NCBI GenBank assembly: GCA_036336835.1
Contig: JAYZFK010000018.1
Span: 1 to 44,588 of the forward strand
Length of the DNA: 44,588 nt
Origin: Myxococcota bacterium
GTDB lineage: Bacteria; Myxococcota_A; UBA9160; UBA4427
Direction of reading: 5' to 3'
This document shows positions 1 to 8,917 of this stretch, one piece after another (position 1 is the stretch's first letter; the number at the start of each line of letters is the position of its first letter). Both the position numbers and the translations under genes were made by a program. Below the pieces are notes generated by a model. The model was not told where the DNA came from, searched no databases, and worked only from the letters and a program-made list of their open reading frames with translations.

Positions 1-57
1 GCGGACGCGCGCAAGCGCATCAACGAGCTGATCCGGTCGATGCGCTCGCGCAGCTGA
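1..57 (+). CDS. 3' end of an upstream gene (partial, ...ADARKRINELIRSMRSRS*)
   Basis: Open frame from window edge with host-like codons ending in TGA at 55-57, convergent with ssb. Confidence 0.45.
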   Translation, partial: ADARKRINELIRSMRSRS

Positions 58-73
58 GTCTGCGAGCGGCCCC

Positions 74-472
74 TCAGAACGGGATGTTGTCGTCCGGCGG
101 AGTCGCGTCGGACGAGCCACTGGAAGGTGCGCCGCCCTCGCTGCGTCCACCGAGGAAGGTCACGTTTTGCGCGATCACCTCGGTCGTGTATCGCTTGATG
201 CCTTCCTTGTCCTCGTACTCGCGCGTCTGGAGCCGGCCTTCCACGTAGGTCGTTCGGCCCTTGGCCAGGTACTGCGCGCACAGCTCGCCAGTCTTTCCCC
301 AGGCGACGATGCGGTGCCACTCGGTGCGCTCTTGCTGCGCGCCCTCTTTGTCGGTCCACCGCTCGTTGGTCGCGAGCGAGAAGTTTGCGACTGCCTGACC
401 GCTCTTGGTGTATCGCAGCTCGGGGTCTCGCCCGAGGTTGCCGATCAAGATGACCTTGTTGACGCTTGCCAT
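74..472 (-). CDS. ssb: Single-stranded DNA-binding protein (132 aa)
   Basis: [41 protein letters not shown]-terminal DDNIPF; GGAG RBS before ATG at 472. Confidence 0.97.
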   Translation of the reverse strand: MASVNKVILIGNLGRDPELRYTKSGQAVANFSLATNERWTDKEGAQQERTEWHRIVAWGKTGELCAQYLAKGRTTYVEGRLQTREYEDKEGIKRYTTEVIAQNVTFLGGRSEGGAPSSGSSDATPPDDNIPF

Positions 473-672
473 TGGCAGAATCTCCGTCGGGATCCTCGAT
501 GGGGTGGAACCGCATGAGCATACCGGCGCCGGCGGCCGTGCGCTCCCGCCGGCGGCGTGACGCCGGCCTGCCCGGGCGGCCGTTGACTCGGTAGCCGTCC
601 CATCTGTACCCTCGCGCGGTTCCTTTCCGGGGGGTGAGGGACTCATGCAGATCTCCAGCAGGGTGGCGGCGC

Positions 673-3108
673 GTGGCTAGAGCAGCGGCGCGCACGCAAC
701 GGACACGAAGCGCCGCAAACAAACGTGAACCGACGTTTGTTTCGCGTATCGGTGGCGAGGCAGCGGGTCTGGCCCTGCTCGCGACGGCGGCGCTCGCGTG
801 TCTGGCGCTTGCGACCTACTCCCCGGACGATCCGAGCTTCGCGCTCGTCGCGGTGGCCAATCGCGCGGGCGCCGTCGGTGCCACGATCGCGAGCGGGCTG
901 ATGCGCAGCATCGGGCTCGGCGCCGTCGTAGCCGTGGGGGTCCTGGCCGTGCTCGGCGGGCGGCTGATTCTCGGCATGGGCATCCCCGGCTTGATCTCGC
1001 GCTTCTGGGTGGGGGCATCGGCCCTGGTGCTGGCGCTGTCGGCCGCCGGCCCGCTGCTGCGGACGATCTGGCCCGAGTGGTCGGCGCCCGCGACGGTGAC
1101 CGGCGGGGCGATGGGCGAATGGCTGTTCGGCCTCGAGGTGCTGCTGCTGTCGACCTGGGGCGCTGGGGTCGTGAATGCGATGCTGCTCGGGATCGGGTTG
1201 CTGTGCGCGACGGGCGTCTCGACTGCAGCGGCCATGCGCGCGGTGGGCGGCGCGCTGGCTCTGGCAGCGCGGGGGCTGGCTGTCGTAGCGGTAGCCATCG
1301 GTTCGGGCGCGCAGATGGCGGGCGCTCGGGCAGCCGACGCGGTGTCGCACGCGCTCGCCGGTTTGCGCGAGGGCGTCACGGCCGTTGGAGTCTGGCGCGA
1401 ACAACGCGCCCGTCAGCGCCGCGTGGCCCGGGCTCGCCGGTCCGAGCGCCCGGCGCCGGCCGAGGACGAGCTCGTGCCGCGGGAGGTCGTCGAGACGCCG
1501 GCCGAGCGCGGCCGCCGGCCTCGCGGCGACGAGCCCGACATCGTCGACCACCTGGCCCAGCAAAAGCGCGAGCCGTCCCAGGAGAGCTTCCCCTTCGACA
1601 CCTCCACGTCGTCCGGCCCCTTCCAGCTCCCCGATGTCTCGATCTTCGAGACACCGCCCGAGGACGTGCGCAGCTACGACCGCGACTCGCTGCTGATGAA
1701 CTCGCGCATCCTCGAGAAGAAGCTGGCGGATTTCGGCGTGCAGGGCCGCGTCGTGCGCGTGCACCCGGGTCCGGTGATCACGATGTACGAGTACGAGCCC
1801 GCATCGGGCATCAAGGTCAACAGGATCGTCAACCTCACCGACGATCTCGCAATGGCGCTGCGCGCCCTGTCGGTTCGCATCATCGCACCGCTGCCGGGCA
1901 AGAGCGTGGTCGGGATCGAGGTCCCCAACCCCGAGCGCGAGATCGTCTACCTGCGCACGCTGCTCGAGTCCGAAGGCTTCCGCAACAGCGAGTCGAAGCT
2001 CGAGATGGCAATGGGCAAGGATATCTTCGGGAACCCGGTCGAGGCGGATCTCGCCAGGATGCCGCACCTGCTGGTGGCCGGTGCTACGGGCACGGGCAAG
2101 AGTGTCTTCCTGAACTCGTTCCTTTGCGCCTTGCTGTGCCGCGCGCGGCCGGACGAGCTCAAGCTCCTGCTGATCGATCCGAAGCTACTCGAGCTCTCGA
2201 TCTACGAAGGCATCCCGCACCTGATCGCCGACGTGGTGACCAATCCGAAGCGCGCGGCGGCGGCGCTGGCAGGCATCGTTCGCAAGATGGAAGAGCGCTA
2301 CCAGATGATGAGCGCTGTTCAGGTGCGACACATTGCGCAGTTCAACGAGCGTGCCGAGGAAGCACTCGCCGCTGGCGAGACCCACCTGCGGCTGCGTCCG
2401 AAGTCCGGCGAAGAAGAGGGCGAGCTGGTCGAATGGCAGAAGCTCCCCTACATCGTCGTCGTGGTCGATGAGCTCGCGGACTTGATGGTGCTCGCCGCCA
2501 AGGAGGTCGAAGAGTCCATGCAGCGCCTGGCGCAGATGGCTCGCGCGGCTGGCATCCACCTGGTGCTCGCGACGCAGCGGCCCAGCGTCGACGTCATCAC
2601 CGGCGTGATCAAGGCGAATTTTCCGGCTCGTGTCTCGTTCCAGGTGTCGTCGCGCACCGACTCGCGCACGATCCTCGACCAGAACGGCGCCGACAGCCTG
2701 CTCGGCATGGGTGACATGTTGTTCCTGCCGCCGGGCACGTCGCGCGTGCAGCGCCTGCACAGCCCGTTCGTCAGCGAGAAGGAGGTCCTCGAGCTGGTGG
2801 CCTTCCTGCGCGAGCAGGGCCGCCCGGAGTTCGACGAGTCGCTGATGCGGATCAACGACGACCCGAGCTCGGACGACGCCCGATCGGGTGAGGATGTCGA
2901 CGAGATGTTCGACAAGGCGGTCGCAATGGTCGCCGAGACCCGCAACGCATCGATTTCCTATGTCCAGCGCCGGCTCAAGATCGGCTACAACCGGGCCGCG
3001 CGGATCGTCGAGGCCATGGAAGATCAGGGCATGGTCGGTCCCCAGGTCGGCAGCAAGGGGCGCGAGGTCTTCCTGCGCCAGCCCGGGCCCGATGACGCCT
3101 ATGAATAG
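673..3108 (+). CDS. ftsK: DNA translocase FtsK (N-terminal TM region, motor, gamma domain)
   Basis: [15 protein letters not shown]alker [31 protein letters not shown]-terminal [15 protein letters not shown]; start (GTG 673) uncertain. Confidence 0.96.
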   Translation: MARAAARTQRTRSAANKREPTFVSRIGGEAAGLALLATAALACLALATYSPDDPSFALVAVANRAGAVGATIASGLMRSIGLGAVVAVGVLAVLGGRLILGMGIPGLISRFWVGASALVLALSAAGPLLRTIWPEWSAPATVTGGAMGEWLFGLEVLLLSTWGAGVVNAMLLGIGLLCATGVSTAAAMRAVGGALALAARGLAVVAVAIGSGAQMAGARAADAVSHALAGLREGVTAVGVWREQRARQRRVARARRSERPAPAEDELVPREVVETPAERGRRPRGDEPDIVDHLAQQKREPSQESFPFDTSTSSGPFQLPDVSIFETPPEDVRSYDRDSLLMNSRILEKKLADFGVQGRVVRVHPGPVITMYEYEPASGIKVNRIVNLTDDLAMALRALSVRIIAPLPGKSVVGIEVPNPEREIVYLRTLLESEGFRNSESKLEMAMGKDIFGNPVEADLARMPHLLVAGATGTGKSVFLNSFLCALLCRARPDELKLLLIDPKLLELSIYEGIPHLIADVVTNPKRAAAALAGIVRKMEERYQMMSAVQVRHIAQFNERAEEALAAGETHLRLRPKSGEEEGELVEWQKLPYIVVVVDELADLMVLAAKEVEESMQRLAQMARAAGIHLVLATQRPSVDVITGVIKANFPARVSFQVSSRTDSRTILDQNGADSLLGMGDMLFLPPGTSRVQRLHSPFVSEKEVLELVAFLREQGRPEFDESLMRINDDPSSDDARSGEDVDEMFDKAVAMVAETRNASISYVQRRLKIGYNRAARIVEAMEDQGMVGPQVGSKGREVFLRQPGPDDAYE

Positions 3109-3835
3109 ACCGCCTCCACGGACGTCTCACGAGGCGATGTACGGCTGCTTCGCTGTCCTGGTCGCGACCGCGCTGTTCCCCGCACCCGCGTCGTCGAATG
3201 GCGATGGCGTCGGCGACGCCTCGCAGGCTGCCGAGCGCATGCAGTGCGCGACGGAAGCGGCCCGCTCGGTGCAGCGCCACTACGAGTCGGTTCGCGACCT
3301 GGAGGCGCACTTCGAGCAGACGACGCGCTCGGTCGCGCTGGGCACGGGCGCGGTGGCGACCACGGGCCGATCGAGCGGACGCGTCGTCTTCGCCAAGCCG
3401 GGTCGCATGCGTTGGAGCTACCAGCAGCCGCAGCCGAGCCTGGTCGTGAGCGACGGCAAGATGCTGTGGATCTACGACCCCGAGGCGTCGGAGGCCCAGC
3501 GTCTACCCGTGACGCAGGGCTATCTCACGGGCGCCGCTCTGTCCTTCCTGGTCGGTGAGGGCGACCTGCTCGCCGAGTACCAGGTGAGCGCGGAGTCGTG
3601 TGGTGGCGAGGGCATCGAGCTCGAGCTCATCCCTCGCACCGATGCATCCTACGAGCGTCTGGGCTTGCGGGTCGTACGCGCAACGGGCGAAGTGAGCGCG
3701 ACGCGGATCGTCGATCTCTTCGGCAACGTCACAGAGGTCACGTTTCGCAACCTGCGGACCAACCAGGATCCGCCGGCTTCCACCTTCGGCTTCGAGCCTC
3801 CCGAGGGCGTGAGGGTCATCGACCTCGTGCAGTAG
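3101..3835 (+). CDS. lolA: Outer-membrane lipoprotein carrier LolA family protein
   Basis: FAKPGRMRWSY, LVVSDGKMLWIYDP, FEPPEGVRVID; signal-like N-terminus; start overlaps ftsK end; conserved ftsK-lolA pairing. Confidence 0.9.
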   Translation: MNRPPPRTSHEAMYGCFAVLVATALFPAPASSNGDGVGDASQAAERMQCATEAARSVQRHYESVRDLEAHFEQTTRSVALGTGAVATTGRSSGRVVFAKPGRMRWSYQQPQPSLVVSDGKMLWIYDPEASEAQRLPVTQGYLTGAALSFLVGEGDLLAEYQVSAESCGGEGIELELIPRTDASYERLGLRVVRATGEVSATRIVDLFGNVTEVTFRNLRTNQDPPASTFGFEPPEGVRVIDLVQ

Positions 3836-4001
3836 TGCGGAGACGCAAAGTGCGTCACGCGTGCCGCGCTGCGCCGCGTCGCGGCGACGGCTCGTTGACA
3901 GGCCGGTGTCATCAGGTTGTCTCCGGCGGCCGTGCGAGTTCACAGACGAGAATTCCTTTATAGAACAATGGTTTATCGTCCTAACTGCACCCTGGCCTCC
4001 G

Positions 4002-4029
4002 TTGACAGCCCGCCCTGGACAGCTACGAT
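4002..4029 (+). promoter_or_regulatory. Candidate sigma70 promoter TTGACA-N16-TACGAT
   Basis: Perfect -35 hexamer at 4002-4007 and 4/6 -10 at 4024-4029 in the lolA-arc intergenic region. Confidence 0.6.
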
Positions 4030-4262
4030 CGAAACACTTCAAAGCGTATGCATTCTAAGGCCTTGGGGGTTCCCATCGAGCGGCTTCGATGCTTTTGATT
4101 ACTCACAACGGAAGCCCAGATTCTGGCGGCTTCAATAGGGGTGCAAACGCGAGTCGCAGCTCGGATTGCTCCCCGGACCGTCGGCAGAATCCCCTGTCGA
4201 AACAACAGCTTCTCCCCATGTGCGCCCATCCCGGAACATTGCTTTGGGAGCCGAGGTCGAAA

Positions 4263-4279
4263 CAGGCACAGCCCTTGCA
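4263..4279 (+). promoter_or_regulatory. Candidate sigma54 (-24/-12) promoter of the proteasome operon
   Basis: CAGGCACAGCCCTTGCA: GG(4265-66)-N10-GC(4277-78), with the GGCAC and TTGCA consensus blocks; 63 nt upstream of arc ATG. Confidence 0.7.
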
Positions 4280-4342
4280 ATTTTTCGGTGCCATCAGGCG
4301 GCTGGCGTCGATTCGCGGATGCCTACACCGGGGAGAGGCAGC

Positions 4343-6181
4343 ATGAGTAGCGACAACGAGTCGGGTTCTGGACGAGGTGGCAAGGTCTTCCGAGACGTGA
4401 TGCGCCGCAACACGCCCGTCGGCGGTCCTGGAGACGACGATCCGCGTGTCGAGGGAGGCATCCCCGACACGGAGGAAGTCGAGCAGCTTCAGGACGCCAT
4501 TCGCTTCTTCGGCAGCGATTCGGTCGAGTTCCGACGGCGGCTCGATCGGCTGCTCGCTGACTTCGAGACACTACGCCGCCGCTACGACACCGTGCGAGAT
4601 CGCCACGAGCAGGCCGAGCGACAGAACGAGAAGCTCGTCGCGATGTTGCAGGAGGCGAAGCAGCAGATCGAGCTCCTCAAGGAGGAGGTCGACAAGCTGT
4701 GCGCGCCTCCCAATACCTACGGCGTGTTCACGCGCGCCAACAAGGACGGCACCGTCGAGATCCTCTCGGAGGGGCGTTCCATGCGTGTCAACGCGCACCC
4801 GAACATCGATCCCTTCGTGCTCGAAGAGGGTCAGCTCGTGGTGCTCAACGAAGCCTTCAACGTGATCGAGGCCGCGGGCTACACCCAGCGCGGTGAGATC
4901 GCGGCTGTGGTCGACTTCGTCTCGGAGCACCGGGTGGTCGTGCTGGGTCACACCGACGACGAGCGGATCGTTACGTTGGCCGAGCCCCTGCGGCGCGAGA
5001 AGATCAAGGTTGGTGATCACCTGATGATCGACCCGCGCACGCAGTACGCCTTCGAGAAGATGCCCAAGTCGTCGGTCGAGGAGGTCGTGCTCGAGGAGGT
5101 GCCGGACGTCAGCTACGAGCAGATCGGCGGTCTCGAGCAGCAGATCGAGGTCCTGCGCGATTCGGTCGAGCTCCCGTACTTGTACTCGGAGCTCTTTGCC
5201 GAGCACCAGCTGAAGCCGCCGAAGGGGATCCTGCTCTACGGCCCGCCCGGTTGTGGCAAGACGCTGATCGCGAAGGCCGTGGCCAACGCACTCAGCAAGC
5301 GCATCGAGGAGAAGACGGGCAAGGCCACGCCCGCCTACTTCCTCAATGTGAAGGGCCCGGAGCTGCTGAACAAGTACGTCGGTGAGACCGAGCACAAGAT
5401 CCGCGAGGTGTTCAAGAAGGCCCGCGAGAAGGCGCGCGAGGACGTACCGGTCGTGATCTTCTTCGATGAGATGGACTCGCTGTTCCGCATGCGCGGCACC
5501 GGCATCAGCTCCGACATGGAGGCCACCGTGGTGGCGCAGTTCCTGTCGGAGATCGACGGCGTCGAGGCGCTCGAGAACGTCATCGTGGTCGGTGCATCGA
5601 ACCGTCAGGATCTCATCGACCCTGCGGTGCTTCGCCCGGGTCGCCTCGACCTCAAGGTCAAGGTAAACCGGCCGGATGCCTCGGCTGCACGAGAGATCTT
5701 CTCGAAGTACCTCACGCCCGTCTTGCCGCTGCACGCGACGGTGCTCAACAAGCACGAGGGGGACCCCGAGAAGGCCTGCGTCGCGATGATCCAGGAAGTG
5801 ACCGATGACATGTACTCGACGGGCGACGAGAACAAGTTCCTCGAGGTGACCTACGCCAAGGGAGAGCGGGAGATCTTCTATTTCAAGGACTTCTCGAGCG
5901 GCGCGATGATCGAGAACATCGTCGCGCGCGCGAAGCGCAGAGCCGTCAAGCGCCAGATCGAGTCGGGCGAACGGGGTATCCGTACCGAGGATCTGACCGA
6001 ATCGGTTCGGGACGAGTTCAAGGAGAGCGAGGATCTTCCGAACACGACCAACCCCGACGACTGGGCTCGCATCTCCGGCCGCAAGGGCGAGCGCATCATC
6101 AACGTGCGCACGCTGATGACGGGGATCAATCGCAGGGAAGAGTCGATCGAGGAAGTACCCGGCCAGGGTCAGTATCTCTGA
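4343..6181 (+). CDS. arc: Proteasome-associated AAA+ ATPase ARC/Mpa (612 aa)
   Basis: N-terminal coiled coil, OB region, GILLYGPPGCGKT Walker A, VIFFDEMDS Walker B, EDLPNTTNPDDWARISG, C-terminal GQYL proteasome-docking motif. Confidence 0.97.
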   Translation: MSSDNESGSGRGGKVFRDVMRRNTPVGGPGDDDPRVEGGIPDTEEVEQLQDAIRFFGSDSVEFRRRLDRLLADFETLRRRYDTVRDRHEQAERQNEKLVAMLQEAKQQIELLKEEVDKLCAPPNTYGVFTRANKDGTVEILSEGRSMRVNAHPNIDPFVLEEGQLVVLNEAFNVIEAAGYTQRGEIAAVVDFVSEHRVVVLGHTDDERIVTLAEPLRREKIKVGDHLMIDPRTQYAFEKMPKSSVEEVVLEEVPDVSYEQIGGLEQQIEVLRDSVELPYLYSELFAEHQLKPPKGILLYGPPGCGKTLIAKAVANALSKRIEEKTGKATPAYFLNVKGPELLNKYVGETEHKIREVFKKAREKAREDVPVVIFFDEMDSLFRMRGTGISSDMEATVVAQFLSEIDGVEALENVIVVGASNRQDLIDPAVLRPGRLDLKVKVNRPDASAAREIFSKYLTPVLPLHATVLNKHEGDPEKACVAMIQEVTDDMYSTGDENKFLEVTYAKGEREIFYFKDFSSGAMIENIVARAKRRAVKRQIESGERGIRTEDLTESVRDEFKESEDLPNTTNPDDWARISGRKGERIINVRTLMTGINRREESIEEVPGQGQYL

Positions 6182-6292
6182 GCCGCAGCGAGCCGCGTCA
6201 GCCCGCCCCCAGGAGGGTGGGTTGCGCGGCGCGCTACGCTCCGGGGTCAGGCTCGATCGGTGCAGCGGGCACGGGAGCGGCGGGGAGACCCA

Positions 6293-7783
6293 ATGGCCAT
6301 TCCGAAGGTGATGGGGACAGAGATCGAGTACGGGATCATCGTCAAGAACGATCCCGACTTCGACCCCATCTCGAGCTGCGTGCTGCTCGTCAACGCCTAT
6401 CGGGAGGATCCGGCCGGCAAGATCCTGTGGGACTACGACCAGGAGAATCCGCTCGCCGATGCTCGCGGATTCCAGGTCGACGGCGAAAAGTACACGCCGA
6501 ACCAGCAGGAAAACATCGCCCGCAACAAGACGCTGATCAACGGCGCCCGCTACTACGTCGATCACGCGCATCCCGAGTACAGCTGTCCGGAGGTCACCAA
6601 CGCGCGCGATCTCGTCGTCCACGAGAAGGCGGGCGAGCGCGTGGTCGAGATCAGCCGGCGCGAGGCGAGCTCGCTGCTTCCAGCCGGCGCGCAGATGCTG
6701 CTCCACAAGAACAACAGCGACCGCAAGGGCAACTCCTACGGCTCGCACGAGAACTACCTGATGGACCGCCGCGCGTCCTTCAAGCAGATCGTCGAGAATC
6801 TGATGCCCTTCTTCGCGACGCGTCAGGTCTACACGGGAGCCGGCAAAGTCGGCAGCGAGAACCGCGGGTATCCCTGCGACTACCAGCTGAGCCAGCGTGC
6901 CGACTTCTTCGAGACCGAGGTCGCTCTCGATACGATGGTCAAGCGCCCGATCATCAATACTCGTGACGAGCCTCACGCCGACCGTGAGAAGTACCGCCGA
7001 CTGCACGTGATCGTGGGCGACTCGAACATGAGCGAGTACACGATCTATCTGCGCAACGGCGTGACGAGCCTGATCCTTTCGATGATCGAGGACGGCGCGA
7101 TCACCAAGAACCTGGTGCTGCGCGATCCGGTGCGCGCCATCAAGGACGTGTCGCACGACCCGACCTGCCGGCGCGAGGTAACGCTCGAGGGCGGGAAGAA
7201 GCTCACCGGTGTCCAGATCCAGGCCGAGTATCTCGAGATGGCGCTCGCCTACGCCGCCTCGCACGACATCGATGAAGTCACAGCCGACGTGCTCGAAAGA
7301 TGGCAATACGTGATCGACGCGCTCGCGCGCGATCCGATGGAGCTATCACGCGAGATCGACTGGGTGATCAAGAAAGAGCTGATCGAGAGCTACATGGACG
7401 GCAAGGGCCTGTCCGGCGACTGGGAAAACCCCCGGGTTCGGATGCTCGATCTGCAGTACCACGACACGCGGCCGGACAAGGGCCTGTATTCGATGCTGGA
7501 GCGCCAGGGGCGGGTCGACCGGATCGTGACCGATGAGGAGATCCAGCATGCGATCCACACCCCGCCCGAGGACACGCGTGCCTATTTCCGCGGCGAGTGC
7601 CTGCGTCGGTATCCTGGAGAAGTCTTTGGCGTGAACTGGGATTCGATCTCTTTCGGAGTGGGCGACGAGCCGATCAAGAGAGTCATGATGGCCGAGCCGC
7701 TCAAGGGCACAAGGCGGCTCGTGGAAGAGCTGCTCGATGGCTCGGCGGATGCCGGCGAGCTCGTCAAGAACCTGCGGGCCTAG
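6293..7783 (+). CDS. dop: Pup deamidase/depupylase Dop (496 aa)
   Basis: GTEIEYGI, Dop-type WDY loop, NGARYYVDHAHPEYS, KGNSYGSHENYL, SQRADFFETEV, INTRDEPHAD; located immediately before pup. Confidence 0.93.
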   Translation: MAIPKVMGTEIEYGIIVKNDPDFDPISSCVLLVNAYREDPAGKILWDYDQENPLADARGFQVDGEKYTPNQQENIARNKTLINGARYYVDHAHPEYSCPEVTNARDLVVHEKAGERVVEISRREASSLLPAGAQMLLHKNNSDRKGNSYGSHENYLMDRRASFKQIVENLMPFFATRQVYTGAGKVGSENRGYPCDYQLSQRADFFETEVALDTMVKRPIINTRDEPHADREKYRRLHVIVGDSNMSEYTIYLRNGVTSLILSMIEDGAITKNLVLRDPVRAIKDVSHDPTCRREVTLEGGKKLTGVQIQAEYLEMALAYAASHDIDEVTADVLERWQYVIDALARDPMELSREIDWVIKKELIESYMDGKGLSGDWENPRVRMLDLQYHDTRPDKGLYSMLERQGRVDRIVTDEEIQHAIHTPPEDTRAYFRGECLRRYPGEVFGVNWDSISFGVGDEPIKRVMMAEPLKGTRRLVEELLDGSADAGELVKNLRA

Positions 7784-7805
7784 CCGTCCAAGGAGGCATG
7801 ATCGC

Positions 7806-8069
7806 ATGAGATTCACAACCGGACCCAAGAGAGCCGCGGATCGCCGCCTGCCCATCTACGGTGCCGCGGAATCCACCCAGAAGCAGCAGCCGAAGGGCGG
7901 CGGCGGGGATGCCGCCGATGCGAAGAGCGGTGAGGGCGGCAAGAAGATGGCGAAGAAGGGCGAGGAGCTGAAGGAAGAGATGGACGAGCTCCTCGACGAG
8001 ATCGACAATGTGCTCGAGGAGAACGCCGAGGAGTTCGTGAAGAACTACGTCCAGCGCGGCGGGCAGTAG
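7806..8069 (+). CDS. pup: Prokaryotic ubiquitin-like protein Pup (87 aa, C-terminal GGQ)
   Basis: DELLDEIDNVLEENAEEFVKNYVQRGGQ C-terminus; AGGAGG RBS at 7791-7796; between dop and prcB. Confidence 0.96.
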   Translation: MRFTTGPKRAADRRLPIYGAAESTQKQQPKGGGGDAADAKSGEGGKKMAKKGEELKEEMDELLDEIDNVLEENAEEFVKNYVQRGGQ

Positions 8070-8125
8070 CTTCCGGAGCGCAGACACTCGGTCGTAACAC
8101 CAATGGGCACCCACCGGGGGGGAAC

Positions 8126-8917
8126 GTGCTCTTCAACGGCAAATATCAGGGCTCGAGCTTTGCGGAGCTGTTGCAGGCCGACCATCCGCAGCTGCTGCCG
8201 AGCTTCGCTGCGCCGTCGGGAAATCCGCACGGTGTGTCGGTTCCACACGGCACCACGGTGCTCGCGTGCAAGTTCGCTGACGGCGTGCTCGTCGCCGGAG
8301 ATCGGCTCGCGACCGAGGGGCACCGGGTGGCCTCGCGCGATGTCGAGAAGGTGTTCGAGACGGATGCGCACTCTCTGATGGCGATCTCGGGCGCGGCCGG
8401 CCCGTGCATCGAGATGGCGCGCCTGCTCGGGGTCGAGTTCGAGCACTACGAGAAGATCGAGGGCGAGGCCCTCGAGCTCGACGGCAAGGCAAACCGGCTC
8501 TCGAACATGGTCCGCCAGAACCTGCCCGCTGCGATGCAGGGCCTGGTCGTGGTGCCGCTCTATGCCGGCTTCGACCTGCGCCGCAGCACCGGAAGGCTGT
8601 GGAAGTTCGATATCACGGGCGGCCGCTACGAAGAGACCGAGTTCGAGGCCACCGGCTCGGGAGGGCTGTTCGCGCGCGAGTCGCTCAAGAACCACTGGGA
8701 TGCGAGGTCGAGTCGCGCCGACACCGTCAAGACAGCGATCACTGCGCTGACGGATGCGGCCGACGAAGATCGCGCAACAGGAGGCATCGATCTCCAGCGC
8801 CGGATCTTCTCGATCATCAAGCTGTGTACCGCTAGCGGGATCGAGACGGTTCCCGACGCCGAGGTCGAAGAGATCTATCGAGAGCTCCTGGCAACTCGCA
8901 GCGGGAGGGATGGCTGA
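8126..8917 (+). CDS. prcB: 20S proteasome beta subunit (42-aa propeptide, catalytic Thr codon at 8252)
   Basis: SSFAELL propeptide motif, PHG/TT autoprocessing site, AGDRLAT, EHYEKIEG, GSG, DEDRATGG. Confidence 0.96.
   Translation: MLFNGKYQGSSFAELLQADHPQLLPSFAAPSGNPHGVSVPHGTTVLACKFADGVLVAGDRLATEGHRVASRDVEKVFETDAHSLMAISGAAGPCIEMARLLGVEFEHYEKIEGEALELDGKANRLSNMVRQNLPAAMQGLVVVPLYAGFDLRRSTGRLWKFDITGGRYEETEFEATGSGGLFARESLKNHWDARSSRADTVKTAITALTDAADEDRATGGIDLQRRIFSIIKLCTASGIETVPDAEVEEIYRELLATRSGRDG

Noticed and set aside
3842..3856. GACGCAAAG, reminiscent of the c-di-GMP-I riboswitch core
   Set aside because: The required upstream GGCAAAC/GNRA stem is absent; the sequence is a simple GACGCA-aag-TGCGTC hairpin just after the lolA stop
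3963..3974. GAAC-AATG-GTTT resembling a Gram-positive-type LexA box upstream of arc
   Set aside because: It does not overlap either candidate promoter, and I found no similar box upstream of the pgpA-cinA-thpR-recA operon, so there is no internal support
4571..7306. Long antisense ORFs (911 aa here; also 25954-28059, 28252-30816, 37728-40187 and others)
   Set aside because: Shadow frames of well-supported genes; high GC3 codon bias suppresses stops on the opposite strand; no recognisable motifs
7798..7809. Mini-ORF ATG ATC GCA TGA overlapping the pup start
   Set aside because: Its ATG is only 1 nt from the AGGAGG; the spacing fits ATG 7806 instead
7806..8069. Possibility that the tag is UBact rather than Pup
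   Set aside because: The LDEIDxVLEENAEEFV..YVQ.GGQ C-terminus is the Pup signature, not the R[ST]G[EQ] ending of UBact
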